A stretch of 63,170 nucleotides of DNA from an uncultured bacterium (GTDB taxonomy: Bacteria; CSSED10-310; CAZUFC01): the NCBI GenBank assembly GCA_964619725.1, contig CAZUFC010000039.1:1-63170 (forward strand). The letters run 5' to 3'. The position numbers and the translations under genes are program-made. Below are positions 28,319-41,500 of the stretch, piece after piece; position 1 is the first letter of the stretch; every line of letters begins with the position of its first letter. The notes beneath the pieces were generated by a model. It saw only the letters and a program-made list of their open reading frames with translations. It was not told the DNA's origin and searched no databases.

Positions 28319-31300
28319 TTATGGTTCTTCCCACCCGAATTCCCAGGAATCGAGGTTTCCGAGGAGTTCTGTTTTCTGGAGGTTGGTCATTGCGGCCCAG
28401 AAGAGAATGCCGTAGTCGGAGCCGGTATTATCGGGCCAGGCGAATTCCTGTAAGACTTCCATGACGGAGTGTCCGTGTTCTATGTTGCGGTACCAGCAGT
28501 TGGGGAGGAGGGTCCAGTCGGGCCCGAAGAAGTAGATGGAGTGAACGTCCAGGATAACGAAAACGGGGATCATGGCCAGTGGTTCGCCGGGATTATTGAA
28601 GTGCAGTTTGAGGAAACAGGGATCGCCGGGATGGTAGAGGTGCGAGGGCATTTCCAGTTCGACGCCGAGCTCCGGTCCTGGAGTGGGGGCTATAGTGGGC
28701 GTTCCCGTCGTCATGGTAGAGACGGGAGTGATGGTGGGCGGGAATGGTGTAGTTGAGGGGACGGGAGTGTTGTAGGGCGTTTCGGTCGGGATCAGGGTCG
28801 GGGTGTATGTAGGGGTCCGGGTGGGCGGCAGCGTGCCTGTTGGCGTAAGGGTAGGCGTTTTTGTCGGCGGGACGGTGTTCGTGGGGGTTGCAGTGGGTGG
28901 GAGCGTATTGGTCGGGGTTTTTGTCGGGGTCAGTGTCGGCGGCGCTGTATCGGTGGGCGTACGTGTGGGCGTTTCAGTCGGCGGCGCTGTGTCGGTCGGC
29001 GTTAAGGTGGGAGTGGAGGTCGGAGGCATGGTCATGGTGGGTGAGAGCGTGGGGGTGAATGTCCGTGTAGGGGTGATTGTGGCTGTATTGGTGGGTGAGG
29101 GCGTGGGCGTTTCCTGGGGGTCGCAGGGTTGCAGGTAAGAGACCATAACGTCGTCGATGTTCCATCCGCAGTATGTCCATCCGACGTCCGTATCGCCCAT
29201 GACCCATCGGATGTAGACTTCATCCTGGTCATCTGCGTATTGGGAGATGTCGAATTCCTGGTATAGCCATTGATTATCGGCGAGTTCGGCGTCGGGATTC
29301 TCCCAGATGTTGTGCCAGGAGCCGGCGCCTATTTTAATGCGGACATAGGCATGATCGTACAGGCTTCTTTCGACGCCGAGCCAGCGCCGGAAGGAGAGGA
29401 TGAGACCTGAGCATCCCGAACAGTCGATAGCCGGGGTGGTGAGATAGCATTCATCGAGATAATTGGTGTAATCACCGTTCAGATTATATCCGTAGACATT
29501 GGGGCCTGTGAAACCAGAGGTAGGATCAGGGCATCCGTGGGCGCCGCCGTTTCCTGTAGGTTGCCCCCATTCCCAGTCGCCTCCGGAAATGTTCCAGTTG
29601 GGATTCTGCGACATATCTTCATTAAGAAGGGTCACCCGTTCCCAGGTGTATTGGGTGTAGTTCTGCCCCTGATTGTCGTCCGTGGCGATATTGCCGGCGA
29701 TGTCCTGTGATTGCACGTAAAAAACGTATTGGGTGCAGGGGTTCAGTCCGGACAGGGTGAAGGTATGATCCGTAGTCGGCGTATCGGTGAAGGCTGTAAA
29801 GAAGGGGGCGCCGACTCCGTAAGTAACCCTGGTGTCGGCCTCTTCATCGGTAGTCCAATGGATAGTAATGCTGTAGTCGGTGACGCGAGAAATTTCAACG
29901 GAAGAGATAACCGGCGGAACGGCATCGATTGTCGCTGAGGCGGTTTTTTCAACGTTGGTTCCGCCGTGACCGTCATCTTCATCAATATAAAGCGCTGTAA
30001 TTTCATCGCCATCCGTTACTTCAAGCGTTCCGTTCCAGCTTTGGGGAGAACCTTCTGCAAAAGCTATAGAGCCTTCCAGGACAGCGGTGGCGAATCCTGT
30101 TTCAGTGAGGGTCAGGGTTTCGGTATCGCCGGAGGCCGTGGACATCGTAATATCCACGGTATCAAGCGAGCCGCCGTTTTCGTCCAGGTCGGCATCGCGA
30201 ACGGAAACAAGCGCCTGGACGCCTGGTGCGTACAATTGCCTGTCCAGCGTTATTACGCCATCGCGATTCAATACTGATGCCATACCCAGGTTGGGATTGC
30301 CCCAAAGAGTCCATTCGCATATTTCATATTTATTATAGTTCCAGCCGTCCATCTGGTAGACTTCCTGGAGACCTCGCTGATGTGCGGCGCCCTGGGAGTA
30401 ATCCGTTGATGTGACGCCTGTGGTGAAGTAATAATCCAGGGACTGGCTGGAACCGTCGTCAGGGCTGTTCCATCCGGGGCATCCGTAGGCTACTTTGGTG
30501 GCTCCCACGAAACCGACGGCGCCCTGCCGGATCATTTCTGCGCCGATATTGGTATAGTCCGTATCCGAATTGCTGCATGCATCGGCGAAAACTATGGCGG
30601 GATAATCGTCATTCAGGTTGCTGCAGTCATCGGAATCGATAAAGGAGGGCTGTCCGATGCCGTATATGTAGCAGGCATGATAGGAGCCGTGTCCCGCCCA
30701 GTTGACGAATGCGTAGGTTCCGGATGACCAGACGGAAACGACATTGCTTCGGAGCAGTTCATAATCACAGGGATAAGAGGAATAATAACTGCTGTTTTTT
30801 TCATACATCCGCGTCATGGTCCAGTCAGACATCCAGGATTGATCGACTTTTTCTTCCATCAGGACCGCATTATCCGTATCCGACCAGAAATACGCTCCCA
30901 GCAGTAACATATTTTTCTTGAAGGAGGGATCGTCGTTCGATTCGTAGGCGATGGACTTGGCGCATATCTGTTCGACGGTATTGTAATTGCTCCAGGGAAT
31001 CCGGCCCACGTTCACCTCCGCATAAAAATCGATCGGGTCGCTGCTTTCACAGTAACGCCCGTCGCCGTCCGAGTCCCAGGACTGATTGTCGGGCAGGCTG
31101 AGTTCCGCATAGTAAAAATCGGTTTCGGGACGACCGTAACCGCTGTCCTGCCAGACCCTCCGCATAGGAACGTCATTATAGTGACCAACCAGAAGGAGGT
31201 CTTCAATTCCCCATTCAGAACCGGGATACTTGTCACGCAGGAAATTCCGGATTCTCTGGGCCGTATCGACCCCGGAATAATTAGCGGTTATCCAATCCAC

Positions 31301-32080
31301 TGTGACTATTTCTGCCGTTCTTCCTTTACTGTTTTCCCAGTCCGCTAATTCATCCACTGCCGAAACCAGATCAGCGGTAGTAACGATTACGAAATCGTGA
31401 AGCCCCTTGGAAATCGGCGTGTCCTCATACCAGTCCGCCGCCTGTTCAAAGTTGAGAATAAGCTCTTCAGCCCGGGCTTCCATGCGCGGTTGATTCTCCG
31501 ACAAAACAGGAGAAAGGTCGAAATTCTCAGAAAGCGTATAATTTATTCTAAGCGTGATCTCCGGATAATAGAACAACCTGCCGCTCTGAGGCCGGTATTG
31601 AAAGGGCGTTACCCTTACGTCGCAAAGATTGTATTTTCGGAATCCGGCCTGTCGCACATATTCCACTATGTTTGCCGGATATAACCTGTCGCTGCCGTAA
31701 GTCTCCTCGTGATTCAGGTCATACCTCGCTTTTTCCTTCGCATAAATTTCCGGTTTCTCTTCACCGATAACCCGAAACAAAGGAGCCGGCTCGATGGAAA
31801 GTCCTTCAGCTAATTTTATGCGATCACCCGTCACAACCTCAACGGAATCCACGACCGCTCCCGCAGGTATCGCTACGGCAAAAATCCGTGAAGGCAACTT
31901 CGGCGCTCCCGGCCGGTTTAAATAGCCATAACCATCGAGACTCAACTCATTTCCTCCTTCGCCCTTTTCAAACAGGGGACGAGACACGGGAATTTCAACG
32001 GTTATACTTGAAGCTTCGAGCAGAGACGTCCCGCACACTGGCAATAAAACAAGAAGAAAGACCCAGATCAATGATTTCAT
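28319..32080 (-). CDS. Gingipain-like C25 peptidase with FN3-like and beta-sandwich domains, Pro/Thr linker and globular C-terminal domain
   Basis: Signal peptide; PGAPKLP, TPFQYRP, IRNFL, TDFYY, VGRIP, catalytic NWAGHG and ADACSN, LWGNP; I.WTTDE.AD..V.YG FN3-like domain; PT repeats at about 28675-29120. Confidence 0.9.
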   Translation of the reverse strand: MKSLIWVFLLVLLPVCGTSLLEASSITVEIPVSRPLFEKGEGGNELSLDGYGYLNRPGAPKLPSRIFAVAIPAGAVVDSVEVVTGDRIKLAEGLSIEPAPLFRVIGEEKPEIYAKEKARYDLNHEETYGSDRLYPANIVEYVRQAGFRKYNLCDVRVTPFQYRPQSGRLFYYPEITLRINYTLSENFDLSPVLSENQPRMEARAEELILNFEQAADWYEDTPISKGLHDFVIVTTADLVSAVDELADWENSKGRTAEIVTVDWITANYSGVDTAQRIRNFLRDKYPGSEWGIEDLLLVGHYNDVPMRRVWQDSGYGRPETDFYYAELSLPDNQSWDSDGDGRYCESSDPIDFYAEVNVGRIPWSNYNTVEQICAKSIAYESNDDPSFKKNMLLLGAYFWSDTDNAVLMEEKVDQSWMSDWTMTRMYEKNSSYYSSYPCDYELLRSNVVSVWSSGTYAFVNWAGHGSYHACYIYGIGQPSFIDSDDCSNLNDDYPAIVFADACSNSDTDYTNIGAEMIRQGAVGFVGATKVAYGCPGWNSPDDGSSQSLDYYFTTGVTSTDYSQGAAHQRGLQEVYQMDGWNYNKYEICEWTLWGNPNLGMASVLNRDGVITLDRQLYAPGVQALVSVRDADLDENGGSLDTVDITMSTASGDTETLTLTETGFATAVLEGSIAFAEGSPQSWNGTLEVTDGDEITALYIDEDDGHGGTNVEKTASATIDAVPPVISSVEISRVTDYSITIHWTTDEEADTRVTYGVGAPFFTAFTDTPTTDHTFTLSGLNPCTQYVFYVQSQDIAGNIATDDNQGQNYTQYTWERVTLLNEDMSQNPNWNISGGDWEWGQPTGNGGAHGCPDPTSGFTGPNVYGYNLNGDYTNYLDECYLTTPAIDCSGCSGLILSFRRWLGVERSLYDHAYVRIKIGAGSWHNIWENPDAELADNQWLYQEFDISQYADDQDEVYIRWVMGDTDVGWTYCGWNIDDVMVSYLQPCDPQETPTPSPTNTATITPTRTFTPTLSPTMTMPPTSTPTLTPTDTAPPTETPTRTPTDTAPPTLTPTKTPTNTLPPTATPTNTVPPTKTPTLTPTGTLPPTRTPTYTPTLIPTETPYNTPVPSTTPFPPTITPVSTMTTGTPTIAPTPGPELGVELEMPSHLYHPGDPCFLKLHFNNPGEPLAMIPVFVILDVHSIYFFGPDWTLLPNCWYRNIEHGHSVMEVLQEFAWPDNTGSDYGILFWAAMTNLQKTELLGNLDSWEFGWEEP

Positions 32081-32410
32081 TTAAACACCCTTTCAATTAC
32101 TGTTTCAATTATCTGGAAAATTTTTCCGCAACATTTTGTTATAAACTCTGAAACATCCTTTGAAGCGTTATTTTCTTTCGCCATTTCCCGTAAAGCAAAA
32201 CTTTTCATTTCACGCGTTCAGGAACAAAAAGCAATAAAAATCAACCTTTAACTACCCTTTTTTCACCGGTTTAACCGGCATAAAGACGAATCAGCATCCG
32301 TCATTCATGGAGAAACGGATGAACAGTCAATATTTAATATATTAATTTAAGCCGGGAAAAACAAGGGAGAAAAAATTTTAATCTGTAAATTTTGATGCGA
32401 ATTATTTTTT

Positions 32411-32440
32411 TTGACAAAATTTGATTTTTTCTAATAATAT
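32411..32440 (+). promoter_or_regulatory. Candidate sigma70 promoter of the giant gene
   Basis: TTGACA-18nt-TAATAT in the AT-rich divergent region, about 125 bp before the ATG (GGAGGAG RBS). Confidence 0.45.
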
Positions 32441-32565
32441 CATTATTAAAAAGAAGAATATGTGGCGTTAATCGCTCATAGAGGGAGAAAATTGAAAAGA
32501 TCGCAATTTTTTTCAGTTTAAATCGTTAAATAGACTCAGGCATTAAGGTATGGAGGAGGAGACAG

Positions 32566-35500
32566 ATGATTAGAAGGACGTTTTGGTTATTTTTGTTTTT
32601 GAGTGTCGCAGCAGCGTCGGGGATCGAGGCGCGAACGGACGTATGGGGAGATATAACGGAGGATACGACGTGGGGATTGACGAGTCCTGATCTGGACGGC
32701 GTGTATGTAGTAGTGAACGACGTGACGGTGCGCGACGGTGCGACTCTGGTGATAGAGGACGGCGTAGAGGTGCGATTTGACGGGAATCGCCGTTTATATG
32801 TAGGAGGTTCATCGGCGCTGGACATCGGAAAGCTGGAAGCCGGCGGGAGCGATTCAGCGGGAATATTGTTCACTTCAGACGATTCTCCTTCGGCCGGTGA
32901 TTATGCGGGAATACATTTTCGAGATTCAGCGGATGACGGCAGTTATCTGCGATACTGCACGGTGGAGTATGGAGGATATTCGACGTCATCGTGCATTTAT
33001 TTCAATTCGGCCTCACCGGAGATAAGCGATTGCGAGGTGCGTTTGAGCAGCCAGTACGGCATGCTTTTGACGGGGGAGTCGGAGCCGGAGATAAGCGATT
33101 GCGTGATTACGTCTAACGGATCGTATGGGATTTACTGTACGGATTATGCGGCGCCGCTGATTTCGGGGACGGAATTTTCAGGGAACGGATCGGGCCTTTA
33201 CGTGAACAGCGACTGTTATCCCACGGCAACGGGGAACACATTCGACGGGAATACGAACTGGCCGTTAGCCGCGTATCCGAATTCTCTTCATAACATTACC
33301 GGCAACACGTTTATAAACTCGGCGACGGGTTACGAAGGGATTCATGTCTACGGAGCGAACCTCAGCCTGGATTCAGTATGGGATGACCAGGGCATACCTT
33401 ATTACATTTCAGGCGATATAACGGTTCGGGGAACGGACGGAACGGACCTGACAACGACTTTGACGCTGGAGCCGGGAGTAGAATTAAAATTCCACAGTTC
33501 TGCGGGATTGACGATAGGTCATGGGTCGAACATCGGACTAACGGGGCGATTGACGGCTGCCGGAACGGCGGGAAGCGAGATAATTTTCACGCGCTGGTCG
33601 GAGAGCGGGACGTGGGACGGTTTGAATTTTCAGCGGACATCGGCGGCGGATTCGCTGATAGACAATGCGATAATCGAGTATGGCGGTCATAATGTAACGA
33701 TAGACCAGGCATCTCCGACGATTTCGCAGACGGAAATCCGGTATGCATCGAGTTACGGGATAAACTGTCAGAATTATTCATATCCGTTGATCGACGCGTG
33801 CAGCATTTATGAGAATTCATCGCATGGGGTATATCTGAATTCTTACGCCTCACCTTTGATAATGAGCGCATCGATAACGAGCAACGGAGATCGCGGCGTT
33901 TATTTAAATTCTTTCTGCGAGCCGGACATTTTAAACAGTTCGATCAGCAGCAACGGCAACGACGGGTTTTATATAAACTCAAACGACTGCCGCCCAATGA
34001 TTGTCGGTTGTGAAATCAACGGCAACGGGAGTTATCCGATACGGGCCTATGCTCGCCAGATAGGCTCATTCGTCAGCAATTCCTATTCGGGAAACGCGAA
34101 CGAATATTTGTATGTTTGGGGGGACACGATCACTGAGGATGCTTTTTGGGATAATCCGGGGATTCCCTATCGGATGGCGGGAAATTTGACGATCAGGGGT
34201 CAGGACGGGCCGGACGATATTACGATTTTGACGTTGGATGCCGGGATAGAGATGCGAATGGGTTCACGAGACAGGATAACGGTGGGGCATGATTCTGATC
34301 CTGAAAATTGCGGAGCGTTTTATGCGGACGGCGATCCGTCGAACATAATTTTATTCACGGCCGATACCGATTCGCCTTCTGCCGGATACTGGGACGGCAT
34401 TTATTTTTCGCGCTATTCCGGAGGAAGTTATTCGGAATTGGACCATTGCATCGTGGAATATGGGGGTTACGATTCGGATGAGAACATTTACTGTTATGCG
34501 AGTTCTCCGGTATTGAGGAATACTGAATCGCGATATGGTTCCGGTCCGGGATTATACTGCTATTACGGAGCATCTCCTGAGGTAATCGACTGTTATATTC
34601 ATGAAAACACGAATTATGGGATATACATCAACGACAACAGTTCGCCGACAATAACGGGAACGACTTTTTCAGAGAACAGCTCTTACGGCGTATATGTACA
34701 GACGGAGAGCGATCCGACCTTCACGGATTGCATCATCAGTCAGAACGCCAATCATGGTTTTTACGCCAATCATTCCAATTGCGATCCGACGGTTACCGGG
34801 TGTTTATTCGACGGCAACGACGGATATCCTTTACTGGTAAGGGCCAGGCATGTGCGAAATTTATCAGGCAATGTTTTTACGAATAATACGAATGAATATT
34901 TATACGTATGGGGCGATACGGTCCCTTATGATTCCGTATGGGAGGACCCCGGAATTCCTTACCGGATAAACGGCGACGTCACTATTCAGGGGCAGGACGG
35001 CGGCGATAGTATCACGACGGTAACGATTTCATCGGGCGCGGAGTTAAGGTTCGACTCACAGAGAGGCATATTTGTGGGTCACGAGAGCGATCCGGATTAT
35101 CCGGGAGCTTTGAAAGTCATGGGAGAGGCTTCCGATCCGGTTCTGTTTACAGCCCATACGGATTCGCCGTCAGAGGGTTACTGGGACGGATTATATTTTT
35201 ATTTATATTCCGCCGGCATGGGTTCGGAATTGAATCATTGCGTAGTGGAATACGGCGGATACAGCTCGTATGAAAATTTTTATTTCAACGGCGGTTCGGC
35301 CGAATTGAATTTTGTAGAGATACGGATGGGTTCCGGCCCTGGCGTTTACTGCGAGAACGGGGCGGCTCCTTCGCTGCATCAGTGTAATATACACGACAAC
35401 ACGTCGAACGGGATCAACTGCAACAATTCAGCGCCGATAATAACGGATTGTCAGATAACGGCCAATTCCAGTTACGGGGTATATATTTACAGCGGAGCTT

Positions 35501-38500
35501 CGCCGCAGATATCCGGTTGTGAGATAACGCAGCACAACAGCCATGGCATTTACGTGCCCGATAACTCCTGCGCGCCTCAAATAACCGGCAACGCCGTAAA
35601 CGACAACAACAATTATCCCATAAGGTGTCGGGCCAGTCATCTCGATAAGATGTGGGGCAACACCTTTACCGGTAATTCCAATCAGAAAATCAGGGTCGAT
35701 TCTGACACGCTGAGAGAAGACATGACGTGGCGACCGCAGGAAATACCCTATTTAATGAACGGCGACGTTAATGTCGAGGGTCTGGAAGGCGTGCCGGCGG
35801 TTTTGACGATTGAGGCCGGGGTGGAGATGCAATGGAACCGTTATTACCAGTTGACGATCGGTTCTTCCAATGTTTTGAACAAAGGGGGATTGCTCGTAAA
35901 CGGCGTAGCGAACGACCGTGTGAAGTTTACTTATAACGACGACAATTCGCCTTCTTCCGGAGGGGAATGGGACGGCATCTATTTTCATAAATATGCGGAG
36001 GACGGATCATGCATCGTGAGGAACGCCTTAATTGAATATGGAGGATACAGCGGCAATCACGGCGTTTATTGCAACGATTCATCTCCGACTTTGGAATATT
36101 GTGAAATAACGACCGCTCATGGAGCCGGCGTTTACTGTTCGGACGGAGCGGACCCGAATATCGATTCGTGCAATATACACGGCAACACGGATTACGGCGT
36201 GTATACGACGGGATACGGAACGGACCCGCAGATAACGAGATGCATGTTTTCGGGACAACCCCACGGAATATACGTGAATGACGCTTCTCTTCCAGTAATA
36301 GGAAACGTTTCAGGAATGGGCAACAACTTTGCGGGCAATACGTCATACGGCGTCCGCAACACGTATTCAGCGACATGCATAGATGCGCAGTACAACTGGT
36401 GGGGCGATGCCGGCGGACCCGACGACGATTCGTTCGGGACGGACGATTGCGTGGACGACGGCAACGACAACAATGCCGGGGACAAAGTAAGCGACGACGT
36501 AAATTATTTGAACTGGACGACGGCTGCCCAGGAGACTCCGACGCAAGTTCCGACAGAGACCTTTACGGTAACGGCTACGCCGACGGATACGCCGGTGCCG
36601 ACGGAAACGCCGGAACCTACGGGAACCTTTACAGAGGTGCCGACGGTTCCTCCGACAGCGACGGCCACTCTTTCGCCGACCCGGACCGCCACGGCTACTC
36701 CGACGTTCACTGATACGCCGGGAGCTCTGCCTTCATCCACTCCAACGCCGACCAACACGCCATTCAGCACATGCACGCCGTACCAGGTATCGGGAGAGAT
36801 AACGGAGGATACGACGTGGGCTTTGGACGATCCGGCCTGTAACGGCGTTTATCTTGTAGCGGGAGACGTAACGATAAGAAACGGTGCGGAACTGACGATA
36901 GCCGCAGGCGTAGAGGTGCGGTTCAACAGCAACCGATTTATTTACATCGGCGGTTCTTCATCGACGGATACGGGCAAATTGACTGCCGTGGGCTCGGCAG
37001 GATCAGAAATAATCTTTACTTCCAATCAACCGATAAAAACGCCCGGTTATTACGGCGGTCTATACTTCAGGGACTCGACGGAGGATACGAGCAGGTTGGA
37101 ACACTGCATAGCGGAATACGGCGGATACTCGGCTTCGGCCAATGTCTATATCGACTCGGCTTCACCTGTCATTAACGATTGCGTCATGCGATTCGGCAGC
37201 GGATATGGAATAAGGACTCACAACTGGGCGCATCCTGAAATAACCGACGGACTGATCGATGATTGCGGAAACTGGGGCATCTATGTTTCAGGCAATTCGT
37301 CGCCCGTCATTTCCGGTATGACGGTTGCAGATTGTTCGGGCGGCATCTATGTCGATTCAAACAGTTTCCCTGTGTTGGCATCGGATCATTTCGAGAGGAT
37401 CAACGGATGGCCCGTTCAGGTCGATAATCCTGATGAAGTCGTCAACCTGAGCGACATAACGGTTTCAGACAATAATCCGGATAACAAGGCGATATACGTA
37501 GCCGGAGGAACGTTGACCCGGGATGCTTTATGGAAGAAGCAGGGCGTGCCTTATTACATCGCTTCCGATCTGCGCATACGCGGTCAGAACGGCCCTGATT
37601 CAATAACGACTCTCATTATCCAGCCTGGAACTGAGATGAGATTCGGTTCCAACAGCGGACTTTTCGTCGGACATGATTCCAATACGACGTTAACGGGTGA
37701 GCTGATAGCGGACGGAGGTCCCGGAGAAGACGTGATCCTTTTCTCCGGCTGGAACGAGACCGTCGGATACTGGGACGGGATATACTTCAGTTATTATTCC
37801 AGCGACGATTCGATTCTTGATTATTGCGCGATAGAATACGGAGGAAGCGGCGGCAACAGGAACATCTATCTGAACCATTCGTCGCCCTTTATTTCTCATA
37901 CTTCCTCCAGTTACGGGTCAGGAGCGGGACTTTACTGTTATAATTATTCGGCGCCGCTGGTCACGGACTGCGAATTCTTCAATAATTCAGATCATGGCAT
38001 ACAGGTGGAAAATTTCAGCGGGCCTGCCATAATCGGCTGCGACATTTCGGAAAACGCTAATCGAGGTGTTTACATAAACAACGATTCATCGCCTTCTTTG
38101 GCCGATTGTTACATCTTCGAAAACGACAGTCACGGACTTGCCGTAGTGAACACGAACTGCAGCGTGACGGTGATGAACTGCGTTTTTGAGGAAAACGACA
38201 ACTATCCCGTATACGCTTACGCCGGACAATACGGGGGATTCAGCGGCAATTCATATATCGACAACACTTACCAGGAATTATACGTGGCCGGCGATACGGT
38301 AGAGTATGATTCGGTATGGGAGAATCCGGGCATACCCTACAAGATCGCCGGTAACGTGACCATCAGAGGCGAAGACGGCCTGGACGGAGTGACGGCATTG
38401 ACGATTGAAGCAGGCGCTGAACTGCTTGTGGGCCGTTATCATTACTTCTATGTAGGGCACGACAGCAATCCTGATCTGCCGGGCGCTTTACGAGTATTGG

Positions 38501-41500
38501 GAACGGAGTCGGAAAAGGTTTTATTTACAGCAGACAGGGAATTTCCCACTAACGGCGACTGGCGAGGCATCTATTTCGCGGACACGTCAGCGGATGCGCT
38601 ATGCGAGATGCATCATTGCATAATCGAATACGGAGGTTATGACGATTACAGCTCCAGTTACGAGAACATCTACTGTTACGGAAGTTCGCCTTTGCTGATC
38701 AATGTAGAATGCCGTTATGGAACTGGTCCGGGAATATACTGTAATCAGGGATCGAATCCGGTCATAGTCGACTGCATCTTCAACAACAACAGTACTTACG
38801 GAGTTTACGTCGACTACTGGTCATCGCCGATGATCAGCGGGGGTACGATTCAGGAGAATTCGAGTTACGGAATTTACGTGACGAATTACAGTTCGATCAC
38901 GATGGACGGGACGGCGATAGTAGAAAACAACAGTCATGGGTTGGACATAAGGCATAATCATTGTTCAGGAACGGTGACGAACTGCCTGTTCGACGACAAC
39001 GACGGATACCCGGTAACGGCTTATGCCAGGCAGTACGGAAATTTCAGAGGAAACGTCTATGTTAACAATGCGAATCAGTATTTGTATGTAAGAGGCGATA
39101 CGGTACCGACTGACGGCGCTTGGGAAGACCCTGGCATCCCATACTTGATAGCGGGTGATGTGACCATACGGGGAATGGACGGCCCTGATGGGATCACTAC
39201 TTTGACGATTGAGCCTGGAGTGGTCTTGGCGATGAATTCGAGCCGGTATTTTGCTGCAGGTGAGGACGGGAATCCGGATAATGTCGGGGCATTGAGAGCC
39301 CTGGGAGAAGCGTCGAATAAGATCATCTTCACAACGGATACGGATGATCCGAGTCCAGGATACTGGGACGGCATATATTTCTCCGAGTATAGCGGCGATG
39401 CTCAGTCTGAACTCAGGCATTGCGTCATAGAATACGGCGGAGACGATTACGAAAGCATTCACATCAACGGCAGTTCTCCGGTTATTTCACATTGCGAGGT
39501 CCGCAGGAGTTCCGGTCCCGGAGTATATTGTCTTGCGGATTCACAGGCTGTAATAGCAGGATGCGACTTCCATGAGAATACCAATTACGGCATTCAATGC
39601 GACGGCGCTTCCCCGGCTATTTCCGGCAGCGAGATATACAACAACAGCAGTTATGGCATTTACATCACGGGCGATTCTTCTCCGACCATAACTTCTTCAA
39701 CGATCAAGCTCAATCCCACTCACGGCATATACGTTAATTCAAACACAGCCTGGCCGACTATAACGGGCAACCTGTTCGAGCAGAACAACAGTTATCCCAT
39801 AAGGTGCAACGCGCGACATGTGGGAATGATCTACGACAACATTTACGTGAATAATTATCATCAGAAAATAAGGGTTGACGGAAATACGATTTTTACGGAT
39901 GCGACGTGGAGACGGGAAGAAATTCCTTATTTGATCACAGGCGACATAACGGTGGCGGGCAACCTGGGCGAAACGGCAGTGTTGACGATTGAGGCGGGAG
40001 CTGAACTTCAGTTCGACAGGTACAATCAGTTATATATCGGCACGAACAACGTTTTGAATCCCGGCGGTTTAAGAGTAGAAGGGACGGCATCCCAGAAGGT
40101 TCTGTTCACGTATAATGATTATAATTATCCTCCTTTGACGTCCGGAGAATGGGACGGCATATATTTTCACAGGTTTGCGGAAGATGCGGAATGCGTCCTC
40201 AGGAATTTGATCGTGGAGTATGGCGGATACAGCGGGAACCACAGCATTTACTGCAACGATTCGTCGCCTGATCTGGAAAGCTGTGAGGTCAGATGGGGCA
40301 ACGGCGCGGGGATATACTGCGTGAACGGTTCGGATGCGAGCATCGTTTCCTGCAACATGCATCACAATAACAGTTATGGCGTATATTCCGACGGTCACGG
40401 GACGAATCCTGCAATATCTCACAGTACATTTTCGGAACAGCCTTACGGCATATACGTCACGAACGATTCCGACCCGACGGTGACCGCCTGCAATCTGCAC
40501 TACAACGGCAGTTACGGTTTGTATGCAACCGGCAATGGAACGGACCCTGTGATCGAAAGCAGTATCTTCACAGATCAGCCCACAGGCATATACATTCAGA
40601 GCGGCTCCGAGCCGGTCATAGGGGGCAGCGCGAGTTCCGGGAACAATATTTACGGCAACAGCTCCTACGGAGTGCAGAATGCTGATTCATCGACATGTAT
40701 AGAAGCCCAATATAACTGGTGGGGGGATGCCGACGGACCGCATGACGAATCATTCGGGGCGGATGACTGCGTGAATTACGGCAACTTCAATGAAGACGGC
40801 GATATCGTGAGTGAAGACGTTTATTATCTAAACTGGTTGAGCGGTCCGGTCGATACGCCGACGCCTGTTCCCACAGCGACCTTTACTGTAACGTCGACGC
40901 CGACGGAAACGCCGGAACCGACGGAAACGCCCGAGCCGACTTTGACGGCGACGCCGACGGAAACGCCCGAATTGCCGACCTTTACGCCCACTGTGGGACC
41001 GACGGATACGTTCACTCCGACACTGACGCCCACGATTACCGCGACGCCGACGTTTACTTATACGGCCTCGCCTACCACGACATGCACGCCCAACGGCGTT
41101 TCGGGAGAAATAACCGAGGATACGACGTGGGAGGTTTCGGCGCCGTGCGGCGGAGTATACATTGTTACGGGTAATGTAACCATTCGAAATAATGCGACTT
41201 TAACGATAGAAGACGGTGTGGAAGTCAGGTTCGATTCCAATCGTTTCATCTATGTCGGCGGATCATCTTCCGACGATAGGGGACGTCTGATCGCGGACGG
41301 AACGGACGGCGCCGGCATCCTGTTCACATCCAACCAGGTCTACAAATCGCCGGGTCAATACATGGGTATATATTTCCGGGATTCCGCTTCGGACGACAGC
41401 ATCCTGGATTACTGCACAATCGAGTACGGCGGTTATTCTGCAGACGCAAATATTTATCTTGAAGCCTGTGCGCCGACTATAACCAATTGCGTTTCAAGAT

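Noticed and set aside
28675-29120. Tandem repeats resembling an array
   Set aside because: They encode the Pro/Thr linker; no constant repeat with unique spacers and no cas genes, so not CRISPR.
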